A DNA stretch of 33,003 nt from the NCBI GenBank assembly GCA_051942205.1, contig JAVECO010000087.1, positions 62,001 to 95,003 on the forward strand. Reading direction: 5' to 3'. This document shows positions 1 to 12,671 of the stretch, piece by piece; position 1 is the first letter of the stretch; each line of letters starts with the position of its first letter. The DNA is from Coniocarpon cinnabarinum. Taxonomy: Eukaryota. The notes beneath the pieces are model-generated. The model was not told the origin of the DNA and ran no database searches. It saw nothing but the letters and a program-made list of their open reading frames with translations. The translations under genes were made by a program, and so were the position numbers.

Positions 1-1849
1 GCGTTGGAATAGTACGGTAAAGGTTGTGGGCATTAGGATCTTGGAAAGGGTTGAGACGCAGTGAGAGCGTTGAGTTCTCCAAGCGGGATTTTGAGTTGAC
101 GTGTTTTCCGAGGGCCTCCAGTGCGACGTCCCTCTCTTCATTATTTGCCCAGGTCGTTGCAGCGTTTAGTGCTGAAATGGGCCTGACGTTTATTTTGATG
201 TCGCTTTCCTCGAGACTCAGCACGTGCTTGGTGATGTTAACTACAGCGAAGCCGGTCACGCGCTTGATCAAGGTCTCTTCCTGTGAAGTCTCTGGCACAG
301 AGTGCAGGTTTGTTTGACCATGTCGTCCTCGTTCTTCAGAAGCAGAGCCATCCGCTCGAGACGCACTGTGTTTTGACGTCGACGGCTCGGATTCTTTCCT
401 CCCCTTACGGCCCCACATAAAGCTTTGACGCCCTTCGCGAAGACTCCCTGTTCGGAACGCGGAATTGAAGCTTCGGGGAACGGTGCTCACGGGTATCTCT
501 GTTGGAGCACCAGGTTCTGTGGGAGAGCCCGTCTGCATTGGGGATGGCAGCGATGCGGAAGGGCGACGACTGTAGATGTGTTCTTGGCTGATGATTTTCA
601 CAACCAAATAGACGCTTGAGCGCTCGCCTGATTGGTCTGCCATATCAGCGCCGGTGACGTCGGCGAAGACCGTTTTGCGTGAACCGCCAAAGACATGAAC
701 ACCCCCGGCTTGTCTATCTCCAACCTCGACTGAGAATGTTTCGGAGAGGATCTGGGCGTCGGCACCCTCGGGCTTGAGATATAAGCAAAACTCCAGCCTT
801 GCCACGGCATCAGAGTTCGACTGGAAGCGTATTAAGGACATGCACACTTGGTACAAAGCTTTCAGGTCTCTTCGGTGTTCCTCCATCTTGTCCCCGAAGC
901 TCATCATCGCTTGTCTTTTGGTGACTTCGACACACGAGTCATTCGCGGTCATGACACGACCCTTGTCTTCTTTGCTTCTGACGATGAGACCGCCTCCAAA
1001 AAGCTTGTTTCCGGTCACCATGTCCGCAAGTGCCTCCGCTCGGAGTTCTTCAAGTTCGTAGTCGGTCAAGATGTTGCATAAGATCTTACGGCGTGCAAGG
1101 TAGAGGCGATGGACAAGGTCTTTGAGCACATCAGCGTCGTCATATCTGCGTTCAAGCAACAGCTCGTGAAGCACGGATGCGTGCCATTCACGCAGACAGG
1201 AAGCGATTTCATCGATCAGCGGTTCTTCAACGGCTTCAGGGCTCTCGTCGCTAATCTTGAGCACCGGCACTGGTGCTTGGGGTTTGCCAGACATGCTGGT
1301 GTGCTTCTTGTAAGAGTGCGTGGTCTGTGGTTGCAGAGTTTGCGCGTCTTCGTGACTTTGGAAGGACTGTGTAGACGTATTTTTCTGTCCTGGCGGGGTT
1401 GGAAACTCGTTCTGAAGTTTGTGGAGCTCCTCATCAGAAATGTTTTGAGAAGAAGCCAGCGTCTTTGGCAGGGTGGACTCTCCGTTCTGAAAAAGAGTGA
1501 CGATGCCCGAGGTACGGTGACTGCGGTCGAGTTGCAACTTCTCACCGGGCACTCGGCGCTGATCAGGGTTGTCGCCATCGTCGACCACCTGCCGAAGCTC
1601 GACACAGGCGACTGGGAAGGTGCCAATGTAGACGCGTTTGTTGAGACTCCGACCCTTGGAAGTGGTAAGTCCTGCAATCAGCGAGGGTGCAGCGACAAGA
1701 TAACCGCGATACCAAGCGTTGTCTTCGCCGCCTTTTTCAATAGGATATAGCTCGTCGCCGACCTGGAGCGGTAGCTCTTCTAGTCCTTTGGCGACCCAGG
1801 GATGAATACATACCGCCCACCGGAGCGGCGACACCCGCTTCCAGGGCAT
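1..1849 (-). CDS. DCK1: DOCK (dedicator of cytokinesis) family Rac GEF, N-terminal ~616 aa; gene continues beyond the window's left edge
   Basis: ATG at 1849 opens a frame with no stop before base 1, so it is absent from the ORF track. It starts MPWKRVSPLRWAVCIHPW..ELPLQVGDELYPIEKGGEDNAWYRGYLVAAPSLIAGLT (SH3-like) and contains KPQAPVPVLKISDES..EPLIDEIASCLREWH, typical of fungal DOCK N-termini. Confidence 0.9.
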   Translation of the reverse strand, partial: MPWKRVSPLRWAVCIHPWVAKGLEELPLQVGDELYPIEKGGEDNAWYRGYLVAAPSLIAGLTTSKGRSLNKRVYIGTFPVACVELRQVVDDGDNPDQRRVPGEKLQLDRSHRTSGIVTLFQNGESTLPKTLASSQNISDEELHKLQNEFPTPPGQKNTSTQSFQSHEDAQTLQPQTTHSYKKHTSMSGKPQAPVPVLKISDESPEAVEEPLIDEIASCLREWHASVLHELLLERRYDDADVLKDLVHRLYLARRKILCNILTDYELEELRAEALADMVTGNKLFGGGLIVRSKEDKGRVMTANDSCVEVTKRQAMMSFGDKMEEHRRDLKALYQVCMSLIRFQSNSDAVARLEFCLYLKPEGADAQILSETFSVEVGDRQAGGVHVFGGSRKTVFADVTGADMADQSGERSSVYLVVKIISQEHIYSRRPSASLPSPMQTGSPTEPGAPTEIPVSTVPRSFNSAFRTGSLREGRQSFMWGRKGRKESEPSTSKHSASRADGSASEERGRHGQTNLHSVPETSQEETLIKRVTGFAVVNITKHVLSLEESDIKINVRPISALNAATTWANNEERDVALEALGKHVNSKSRLENSTLSLRLNPFQDPNAHNLYRTIPT

Positions 1850-2828
1850 GTTGACTTGCAAACTGGCCTGGCTAGGTGGGGAGGACAGTGTTGCCAACGC
1901 CCATTGCCGTCGGGCAAGATGGAGCGGTCAGGTGCCGGTGGAAGGCAGCATCAGACGGATTTGCCGGGCGCGTGCTCACCAACAAGAAACGGCCGAGCAA
2001 GCGATGGATGGGTAAGAAGGCTGGAGCGGGTGCGCAGCGAGAAGTCAAGCCGGAAAAGGGAACAGAAGGGCGTGCTGGGGGTTGGAAATGAGCGCGTGGA
2101 GAGGCTGGAGGGTGGATTCGAGGGAGTAAACGACCGACAGCAAAAGATACGCCGAGAAGGAAACGAAGGAGTGTGAGTGGAGCAAGGTAAGTGAGCAAGA
2201 AGAAGAAGAAGAAGAGCCAACGAAGGAAGAAAGTGACAAACGAGCGAGAGATGACGAAGGTGTAGTGAGCGTGGGAGTGGTGAGGAAGACGATTTAGGAA
2301 AGGGAGCTGCAATTTGAGTTGGGGCAGCGTGGGCGGTGGGACTAGAGAGAGAGTTGAAACTGGCGTGCCGGCACCCGCGTTGTGACTACCCACACCCCTA
2401 ACACTGCCGGCTGCTCCCCAATGGACGGCCCAGCCAATTACCGGGCACAATGGGGGGCTCTCTCGCCCCCAGCCTGGCCCTGTTACGCCCCCGCCAGCGC
2501 GTCACTCCCGGGGCCGTGGTAGGGCTCTTGGGGGCTTGAGTCGCCAGGCGTTGATAGTGTGGCGTTGCTATGCATATCATCCTCGCCTACCGAGTATCAC
2601 TGCAGCTACGCACCCGTTGACGTTGCCCATGTATGTACCTGCTCCCGTCTCTGCACGTCCAGATTTCACTCACAGGCACTCTGCGGGCTCCCTAGACGCT
2701 CGGCAATCTGTACGGTGCGCTACATTCTGTCGTCTTTGGGCCTCGAATGTGCGCTGTACGAGAGCATGTCTCGACTGAGAGAGTATATATTTGCTCAGTG
2801 CACCCTTCTCGCCACCTCCTCTACTTCA

Positions 2829-5800
2829 TCATTGTCGCGCCTCAATCACTGCGTTGAGAATCATCTCTTTCGCCTCCTCGACGGCCTCCGCCCTGCCTCG
2901 AATTTCGATGGCCTCCGCGCCCACGCTCTTCTTGGGCACATCGATTCGACAGCCCGTCTCTTGCCGGATTTCGTTGATGGTCGCCCCGCGTGGTCCCACC
3001 ACGTATTGGTGCAGACTCGGGTCGGGCAAGATGAGATATCCTGTCACCATTTCTTGCTCCGCTGCAATTGCCTCCATGATCATTTGCTTCGCTCGCTCCA
3101 TCTCGGCTGCCTCCGCCGCTCGCAGAATCCAAGGTATAGTCGCCTCGGGATCCTCCCCATACGCAGCGGCATCCAGTGTATCCCATCCGTGGTGCTGACG
3201 TATGTCGAATGCAGAAGGGTCATTCGCAACATCGGTGATGAGGGGCAGACTGCTCGGCAGTGTAGCACGTCCGGCAGGCGGAGTTGGCTTGGGCGGGCGC
3301 GCTGCGCCAGCATGATCCAGGCGGACGCGCATGTCTCGCAGCCGGCTCTGGTGGTTGCTAAAGACGTGATGATGCAGATGCCGTGGCACGTGTATTGTCT
3401 CGCTCGAGTTGCTGCCCTTCGAAATCATCCCTTGAATCGCCTCCTTGGCTTTTTCAACATTGGCCGGCATGCCAGCAAGCTTGACTGTCTCACGGGCGGC
3501 GCCGGTGGCTGATCGATCGGGTATCATCAACATGATTTGATACTCGGACTCGAGACGCCTTCGTGTCTCTCCACCGGCACCGATCAAGGCACCATGTCTA
3601 TCTTGTGGCACTGTGATTGTCTCAGTAATCTGCTGATCTCTCTCGATTGCAAACGCTTGGATGGCCGCAGCCAACTTCTCGACAATGTCTTGCTGACCCT
3701 CGAGTCGAATGGAATTCTCCTGTGAACAGGCCGGTGGAAAGCGTACTAGACGATTACGTTCGTCTTCGTTTCCCCCCGCTTGGGTCACTAGAGTGCGCAG
3801 CGTTTCTCCGTTTCGCCCGATCAGGCCTCGATGGTGCTTCTTGTCGACATCGACAGTGCGGGTGATGGTCTCGTCAAACAGCTTCGCCCGTTTCGATATG
3901 GCTTGCGTTGCCTTCTGGACCTCCTCCTTGGTGCCCCTTAGCTTCACGTCGACTCGGCCTGTCGGGTCTCTTGCTTCACGTGTGCCTGGCACGTCAATTG
4001 CTGCACCAGTTTCGAGACGAAGCTTGTCAAGTTCTCGACCGTTTTGGCCAATGAGAGAGGGAAGCTGAGATTGGGCAACTGAGACGGTCGCAGAGTGCGC
4101 GTGATCTTGCATGTACTGGTATAGGTCGAGGATCTCATTTCTAGCTTCGTCTGCACCTCGCTTAGGGCCTTTGATGCTGACGACATCGGCTTCTTGAGCC
4201 GGACGGCGAGCGGCTTTTGCTGGGCCCTCGTTAACTGCATCAGCCGCAGCTTCTGCGTCTAGTGAGGCGCCAGATGTGCGTGGAAAATCGATGCGAACGT
4301 TGTATCGTTCTTGCAGGCGGCGAATTTGAGAGCCCTTCGGACCTATCAGCTCGCCATGGAATTGTGGCTTGATCTTCAAGTTGTGTGTCGTTTCGTCTTC
4401 CGCCTTGCGACCGAAGCTCACAATATGTGATTTTGCTGCATCGGCTTTCGCTTTTGGTCCTTTGATTTCGACTTTCCCGTCGGCAGCTTGGATGTCAACA
4501 TCAAATTCATCGCGCAGCTTGTTGATGTTTTCACCTTTCCGACCGATGAGCTGGTTCATGAATTTTTGGGGAAAGTCGCATGTGGTTGTGTACCCGCGTT
4601 CGGCTTCGTCTCGTATTTGTTCTTCAATGAAGTTGAGAAGGTTTTGACGATACTGTTCGACCTGACTGGACGGACCCTGGAAAGCGAAAGGGGAGACGTT
4701 CTCTGCAGAATTGTTGCCGACCACTGCGTCGAAGCCGAGAAATTGTACTGGAAACGCATCATCAACCGACTGCTGTTCTTGTTTCGCTGCAAACCTATGC
4801 AGCTTGTCGCGGTACTTCGAAGGTGCGTCGACGGTCTCGCGCACGACGCTACTTTGTCCGCTGAGGAGGTCTTGAAGATATTGTTCTGCCTGGCCGAGCG
4901 ACTGCTCGAATTGAGCGAGCTCAGTGGCACTAGGTCTTGCACGGGGTAGCTCGTAACTGCTAGAAGGCGTTTCACCTTCGTAGACGAGCAACAGAGGGGA
5001 GCCGTCGACGTCAGGGTCTGCAGCAATGAGATGAACCCCATACTGGTCACGGACCGAATGCGCATGCTGGCGTTGCAAGTGTTGCTGGTAAAAAGGGTGA
5101 ACATTGGGCAGAGACCGATATCTGGAAGGTACTTGTGCGCCGATCAAATCTGTGACGTCTTGACGAGCACGCAGACCCTTCTTGCCGTCGCGAGAGTAAA
5201 TTTGCCAAGGTCCCGCATTCTCTGGAACCACGATACTCGCCTCATGCATACGCTCGAGCTCCTCGAGCGCCCGGCGTTGCATCAAATACCGTCGAATATC
5301 GGAAGCGTGGCCTTGGACGCTACGTGGGGCGTGTGGATGCTGTCGCGAAACATCGACACTTGTCATTGCCATGCTCACCGCCAGGTCCATGACTTTGTTC
5401 ATAGCAGCCTCCACATGCTCAGGCGGGCCAACCACGGTGACTGTTTCTGTGTCTTGTGAGGGCGGAGGCATGATAATGGAACAGCCAGTTTCTTGTAGGA
5501 AATTTTGCAGCGCTGCAGCGCTTTCGCCTAGGATGAAGCGATGCTTCTCTCTCTCTATCTCGAGCTGATTTGCTGTCAATCGTCGCTGCAACTCGGCCGC
5601 TCGTCTCTGTATAGCCTGCTGCACCTCTTGAGCCTGATCGCGGTCCCCAGAGATGGTAATGTGATAATCCGCTTGAGGCTCAAAGGCAATTGGTTGGTTG
5701 GCTCCATGCGCCTGTGCTGGAGGCTTTGTGTTCCATGTGTGATACTCTGGGACTTTGACTCGAATGTCGCGACCGTTCTCATATTTGCCGAGATGCTCAT

Positions 5801-6762
5801 TGTGTGGACCTGCAATAAAAGGGAAAAGCTCAGGCGGAATATCTCTCACCCGCAAATTGACGGTTGAAGTCTTATCCTTCACAATCAATTGAATTTCACG
5901 CTCAGCGAGAGCAATAGTGACGGAATTGCCTTGAACCTCGATGTCCACCATGTCGTCCTCGTCCAGATCAGCCTGACGTTGACTATCTTTGTTGACATGC
6001 ACACGGGCCCCACTGTTGCGTTGAATCTCTTGAATTCGCGAGCCTTGCCTTCCGATGATGCTCGATAACGTTGAGACAGGGACAGGGACTCGGTGTGTGA
6101 TCTGTGTTCGCTCGAAAGTGTGAGTAAACGGGCATTTGGTCAGATGTTCAACGATAGCTTACCCTTGCGCACACTTCATTAGCAATCTCCTTCAAGCTTT
6201 GGTTCACGAGATCAATGGTTGGACCCTCTGCGCTAAAAGTCATGCCTGATGCAGAACCTGTTGCTTTGACGGGTGCTTTCGTCCTCTTGTTGTGGTTGCG
6301 AATAATGTCTGCCAGAGGTCTACGAAGCTCACTGGATGGCTTGAATTCATCCTTGCGGATCGTGATGCTATGCCGTACGTTCCTGGAGGGCATCGCCATC
6401 TGTCTGCCATTGGAGGGAGGAGGAGTACGGCCGGGAGTCGAGAATGCAGCAGGCTTTGCTCCCCATGCTGTCGCTCCAGCAAGTGGATCACCTTTCTTCG
6501 GGCCAAGCGAAGGAAACGCTTCCTCAGACTCGGTGTCCAGTGGCTTTGCCGTGGGCCTCCCGTTTGGCTGAGGCATGCCGGCTGCGCCCACAGCCTTTGC
6601 TTTGCCTTTGCCCGAGGTTGAAATGTTCTCCCCATTCGTGCCTGAATTGTCTTGCTGTACAGTCGTGTCCAGTGTACGGGCGTGGCCATAGTCTGTCTCG
6701 TCTTCGACATCCTCCATGGTCACGCGGTGATTTGCCTGAGCCGCTGAATGCTGGGCGGCCAT
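2829..6762 (-). CDS. SCP160: Vigilin/Scp160 multi-KH-domain RNA-binding protein, ~1290 aa; exons 6762-6163 and 6101-2829
   Basis: Many KH GxxG motifs (LIGRKG, LIGPKG, LIGQNG, LIGRNG, LIGAGG, VVGPRG). A GTAAGC..CAG intron at 6162-6102 joins the two ORFs in frame. Confidence 0.95.
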
Positions 6763-7183
6763 GCGCTGAGCCTGTGGTCGTCAGCCAAGCTCAACGTAAA
6801 CGCTGCGGCCAGTTGACGCACTGGAGTGAGGCCGTCATCGGCCTGTGAAGCCGAGGCCATGGCGAGCTGCAGATGGAGTGCAAAACTCCCGAGAGTGAAG
6901 TCTCGGTGCGAGGGAAGTGTGCAGCTCGAAGCAGAGCAGCAGAGTCAATGATGGGAAATTTCTAAGCGAAATCTTGGCGGCACTACGCGGGAGGCAACGC
7001 GGCCGGACCGCCATCATCCTTGGGCCCTTTGACAGCCACACCCAACATGCTCCACGTTTCGATGACCTTCATCGTCTTGTTCTGGATTCCACTGCCCGTG
7101 CATCTTTGTTTTTGCCACCGTCTATCGAGTAATTGAGACATCTTCCAGTGTCCACGAGCGTTCCCACCGTCCAATTCATGATC

Positions 7184-8623
7184 CTACATCCGCGATACAC
7201 TCACTAGATTTCTCCAAAATCCAAGATCGTAGACATTCTGCACGTCGTCCAGCGATTTCACTTTCTGCCAGCCTCCGTTCCCACCGACAATGCTCCTTCG
7301 GCCTTCTTCGCCTGGCAGAATAGGCGGCTGTCCATCATCTGTCCTTAGCACGACCTGATCTGAAGCGATGGGCCAGCGAGCTTGCTGAGGTTGTGAATGT
7401 TCTACCATCACGACACGCCTCGAGCCTCTCCAGACTATACCATCACAAATGTCGTCTTTCAAACCTTCCCATCTGCAAGCGTCTGTTAACATCCTCCATA
7501 TCTTGTGCGTGCGTCCCCGACATGTGACTCACTTGCTTGTCTCGTTAGTCGTCGCTCCCAGCCAGAGCAGGTATGCGTGGTATACCAGCAGCCCGAGCGC
7601 CAGAGGTGCAGTGAGCGCCGCCAGCAACCCTACGCCTCCCACGCGCGCTTCATAGCCTAGTGCGACACCCCAGCGCTCAACAAGCCCAAGTACACCCGAC
7701 CAGCCTTCCCAAGATGCTGCACGAGGCACCCGAGGACTCAGGATCAGGAACGCCAAGTACGTCGCGTACGACAGAAGGACGAAGAGGCTCGAGAGCAGCA
7801 GTAGGAACCAGCGGTAGTTCTCAGAGCCTAAGCAGTTGTTTACCCTTTTGCTGTTAGGATTGAGCTGCTTTTACTGAATGATGCAAGACTCTTACCATGC
7901 ACAATGGTGATCAGCTCGTGCCACACATGTCTGAGGAGGTCATCAGTCGCTGTAACTGGTGCACAAGTAGTAACTGACCTTGCAAAGCGAGCAATGCTTC
8001 GAGCGAGCGGGCTTCTCAAAATTACAGGTCCGGCACTTCACATTGGGGAAGAACAATGTGTAGTCATATGGATATTGATTCAACTCCTGGTGAAGGTTGT
8101 TGTACGTGATATACGAAGCAGTCGAGGTGCAGCAGAGATAGGTGAGGGCATATGGACTTGGCAAGAGCAGCGCTATGAATGTGTGGTGTATGTTGGAAAC
8201 TACTGGCCATGCGCTGGACAAGAAGAGACCAGCGCTGCCAGTGAGAATGGAGAGAAACAAGATCTACAGCATTGGGAATCTGATTAGGAAATGTGTAGGC
8301 TTCTAAACCAAACGACCTGAACACACCAGAACGAGGGGATTTTGCTCATGAATTAAATAGTGACCAAATCTCGACAGAGATGAAACGACTCGGCCGTCGG
8401 TGGTTTTACGATCGACTTGCAGTAGAATACTCGGCAACCGCACGAAGACGACTCGATGGAGCCAACCGATGGGTGTGTTTCTTGATATCCATTATTAGAT
8501 TCGTAATGCCTTTGAGCATGATAAGAGAACCTGCCTGAATCGAGGAAGTCGACCGAACAGCGCAACGAAAACGATAAAACCTACAGACACTTGCAGCAGC
8601 ACGATCTTGCGTATAATGCCCAT
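7184..8623 (-). CDS. SWF1: DHHC palmitoyltransferase Swf1, ~387 aa; exons 8623-8535, 8480-8327, 8263-7979, 7930-7896, 7844-7533, 7472-7184
   Basis: The spliced product has [74 protein letters not shown] and NVYDLGFWRNL. All five introns keep the frame. Confidence 0.92.
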
Positions 8624-9202
8624 AGGTGCGCTCCTGCAAGATTTCGTCGATATGATCTTGTAGTGAATGTGCTAGCCCTGCTGTGAAGTTTCTCAAATTG
8701 CAACCTCGTGATACCCTGCCCAAAGCCAGATCTTCACATCATGTCTAGATAAAAAATTCCTCTAGCCGACCGGCTCTACTGCTTTGATTAGAATTGCAGT
8801 CTATTCATCTACCCCGAATTTAGAGAAAGGTTGGATGCCAGGTTTCCCATATGTCAGATAATCACTTGCAGCAGGGTGCAAGAAAGTGTGAAAGTGTTTT
8901 TGATATAAAGAATGAGGCTACACCTCTCTCGATATGTTTGATCGTGATATGCCCGTTCGGAAACGTCGTATGTCAAGAATGCAGTAATTGCACTGAACTA
9001 GTTTCCTGTGGCCGTGCTGCCGAGAGTCCCTTTCAGTGAGCGACTACAGCAAGCAAACCAACGACGGTGATGTGAACCAGGAAAGAGCGACGACGACTAC
9101 AGCTCACATGACGAAGACCAGGAATCAGAGCGCCGACGTGCTCAAACCCGATAGCATGGCACAATGGTGCAATATTTCATTTCTCGCGCCACTCCAATGT
9201 AT

Positions 9203-12182
9203 CTACCACATATCGTTATCATCAGGTGGCCGTTGCTCATTGAACAATCCCTGCCTTGTATATGGATCGGGATCCTGCTCGTACCACTGCTGCTGATGCT
9301 GATGCTGCGACGCCTGAGAATGGTCATCATACGGACTGGCTTCCGCATAGCCATGGTGGGACTCCTCAGCAGGGGAATGCTCAGAGTCGTAGTCATCGAG
9401 GAAGTCGGCACCATCGGGGCCTTGGTCAGAGGAGTACTGATCGCTGGTGTCGCCGTTCTGGCCGATCATGTCTTGTTGCTAATAGAACGTGAGCTTTCAT
9501 CATTGCGAAACAAAGCGAGACGGGTGACTTACCTCCTGGTAGCGTTGCCACTGGAGCATCTCTTCAGACTCTTTCTCCTGCGCCGGTGTTTTCTGACCAT
9601 TCTTCTGTTGCTGATACGCTGGGATCTGGATCTGCGGATGCATCTGCTGCACCTTGGCCAAGTACGAGTACATGAAATTGCTGAGCAAGACTTGAGAATA
9701 GAGGGCCCTTCGCGGGTTCGCGAGCTTTATGTGCGCCATGCGGTAGATGGCGCGCTCTTCGAGAATGGAAAACCGCGTCCAGTTGTAGTCAATGTCTGCT
9801 CGCAAGATCTTCCGCGGCGGTTCAGGCGACAAGCCGCGGGTCTTGTCGGCGCGTTTGCCGCCACTGTCGCGGTCTCCCTTCTTTTTGCCACCCCCGAACA
9901 GCGACGAGAAGATGCCGTCTTTTTCCTTCTTGTTCTCGGCACCCCCGGATCTGCGGGCGTTGTCCTTCCTGCGCTCTTCCTCGAGTCTATTGTTGCTATC
10001 ATCACGGCTGAGTACCAGACTCTCTCGACCTCGAGAATGATCAGTAGCAGTCTGTAACACGTCAAGCCTCGTGGTGTCATGGATCTTGTCGGCGGATTTG
10101 CTCGGTCTTGCCTTGATCTTCTTCACGTCATCTTTGTCTTCTTTCTTCTGGTCAGTGCTACTCCGCAGCCAACCCCATCCCTTCTTTGAACTCGATTCAT
10201 TAGATTCTCGAGAACCCTTTGATTTCTTTTCTTGTCTCTCTGGTCTTCGCTCTTCTTGAAGCGTCGGTATGAAAGATATTGCATCTGTGCTGGTGTTAGT
10301 GCCCATAGTATGCGTTGGATGACTCGCCATGTCGTCAATGCTTTGATCTTGAGGTTGCTGTTTTTGCTTGTTAAAAGCGGGTCGAGATGCTGCGCCACCC
10401 CTGTGTGCCAGAGACGGCAGTGAGTTCGACCTTGAGAAATCATGTGAGTTTTGCCTATCAGATACGCCATGCATTCCTAAGTTAAGGGAGTGCCGAGACT
10501 CTGGAGGAGGAGGCGTATGCACAATCTCCGGCACCGGTACGGCAGCTGAAGGGCCGGTGTAGCCTGGGACGTGGGCAGTCGTTTTTCCATTACGCGCAAT
10601 GCGAGAATGAAAAGGTTTAGGTTGAGGCCGGTCACCTTCAGAAGATGGTCGGCGAGGATCAGTGATATGAGAGTCGTCTGCAGATGCAGCGGCATGCAGT
10701 GCCTGACGCGTCCTGCTCTGCACTGAGCCTTCCCGAAAGCGATCATGCTCTCTTGCATCCGGTTCAGTCTGACTCCGTGCCAGCCCTTCCAGATGTATGG
10801 CAGGCACAGGTGGAACATCCGGGACATGTGAGGATGCCAGCTCCGGCCCAGGCTCGCCCTTCTCGATTCCCTTGGATCCTCCCTTTTTCCCTAATCTTCC
10901 TTGTGCTCTTAGACTGCCCCGTCGATATTGTGTTCTTGTGGAGCGTTTCAGTGTCTGGCCTGCCGGTACTTGCACAATGGGCATATCATCCGAAGGACTG
11001 TCGGGATTGCTTTCCAGCGATCGCCGGCTCGCATCAAGGCTCATCTTGCGTACGAGCTCAGTCGGATCTGTTACTAGATATTCGAGCTCTTGCAGTGACG
11101 TCTCGGCAGAGGGAGTGCGCTGATGACGGGATCTCTTGCGCTCGAGAACTTCCGCGCCGTCCTTGTAGTCGGAGGGAGCTTCGATCGTCTTGGAGAGCAT
11201 AGAGCGCCGTCTATTCGGATTGGATCCTCCGGAGCCGTGCCGATCCATGCTTGTCGGTGAAAGAGAATTTTCATCGCCTGAGGAGGTTTTCTTGATACGA
11301 TCTACCCGATCCTCGACAAAGGTCTTGAACTCTTTCGGGGCGAGCTCTGGGTGCAATCTGGCAGGAACCCAGAAAAGTCGAGATGTGTCGTTCTCATCGT
11401 CCGAAGCAGAAGGGGCCACCGACGGCATATTCACATTGCCGGTGTTGAAACTCGGTAAGTCTGGATCTGCAGCGTCATGGTTCATGGACATACGCCGAAT
11501 CGCCTGGAGATTGCTCAGCTCTTGCGCAACGGCCGCCGGGCTGGATTCATAATCAATATCGTTCAGAGGGAAAGCATGATTGGCGGTGTCGGTCGACGGA
11601 GTTCGGGAGAGGGATGGAGATGTCGACTCATTGCCAATGCTGCTGATTGACGGGGTACGCCGCTTTTCGTGTAAAGAGCCATTCGCGGACGGGCGGACGC
11701 GTCTTTCTGTGGATAGGGATTTCGTGAGAGGGGTATCATTCGCGGAGGACAATGACGAGGAGAGCTGCGATGCTTTCCGCTCTAGTTGAGCTTCAGAATG
11801 TGAAGGCGCAAAGCTCAGTGGCCGCGGGTCGCGCTTTTTCCAGTCATTGTCGCCGTACATTCCCCCAATCGCTTCGGTCACATGATGGCTGCCATCGCTC
11901 AAGGATGAGCGAGTCGCTTGGTCTCTGCGATGCGCCGCCGGTAGTCGGTCTGATGCTTTCAGGTATTTTGAGGACTGCGACAAGGGAAAAGGGTTAGCGC
12001 AAGTCCGTGCATGCGAAAGCATTCGCAGGAAAGGAAGAGGGCTGTTGTTGCGGAGGGGGAGGTTGCCATTGGCAAAAGTTGTGCCCATGAAAGGGTGTTC
12101 GCAGGGAGAGAACGCTGTTCAAGCGTCGAATGTAGCCGTGCCGAATCTAGATGAGTCGAGCAGGGAGATGTGAACTGACCAT
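9203..12182 (-). CDS. ZDS1: Zds1-family protein (PP2A-Cdc55 regulator), ~906 aa; exons 12182-12180 (ATG only, tentative), 11974-9533, 9478-9203
   Basis: Contains LFWVPARLHPELAPKEF and the Zds_C motif RFSILEERAIYRMAHIKLANPRRALYSQVLLSNFMYSYL. An acceptor with GCTAAC branch point ends at 11975; intron 9532-9479; ends DDNDMW. The first exon is uncertain. Confidence 0.9.
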
Positions 12183-12671
12183 TGATTGAAGATATAGTGA
12201 GTGCTTTTGCGGAAGACGATCATGGGGTGGACAAGGGCATCCAAAGCGGTTCCAGAGACAAGCAAAGGATGCAAATGACCAGCATTAGCGAGCACGCGCC
12301 GAGAGCAGAGGAAGAGACATGGTAAATCGCACAGGGCCAGACGCAGCGACAAGGTGAAGGTTGGTGGAGCAGTCTCCTCTGGTGTCGATGTCCATCCAAA
12401 TCGATAGGGTTAGCAGGGTTAACAGGGTCAGATAGTTTGGAGCGTGCACGTACCATCCAAGGGGGTGGCCGCTCCAACTGCCGGACCAGGGGGGTTAGCC
12501 GCAACTTGTCTTGAGCGACTGTGTTGCCGCCCCAATTCCTTTGGGTCATGCGATGGGTCATCCATCTCAGATCCAACTTCTCCTAAGAATTCCTTAGAGC
12601 TAATAATACACGTGAGCTTTCTGTGCCAAAGCTATAATACCGCGTCAAGCGCGTTCGCCGGGTCCCAATGC

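Noticed and set aside
2559..3512. Long antisense ORFs over real genes (also 1109-1750, 9164-10057, 18583-19323, 30512-31063)
   Set aside because: Shadow frames of GC-rich coding sequence with no protein motifs.
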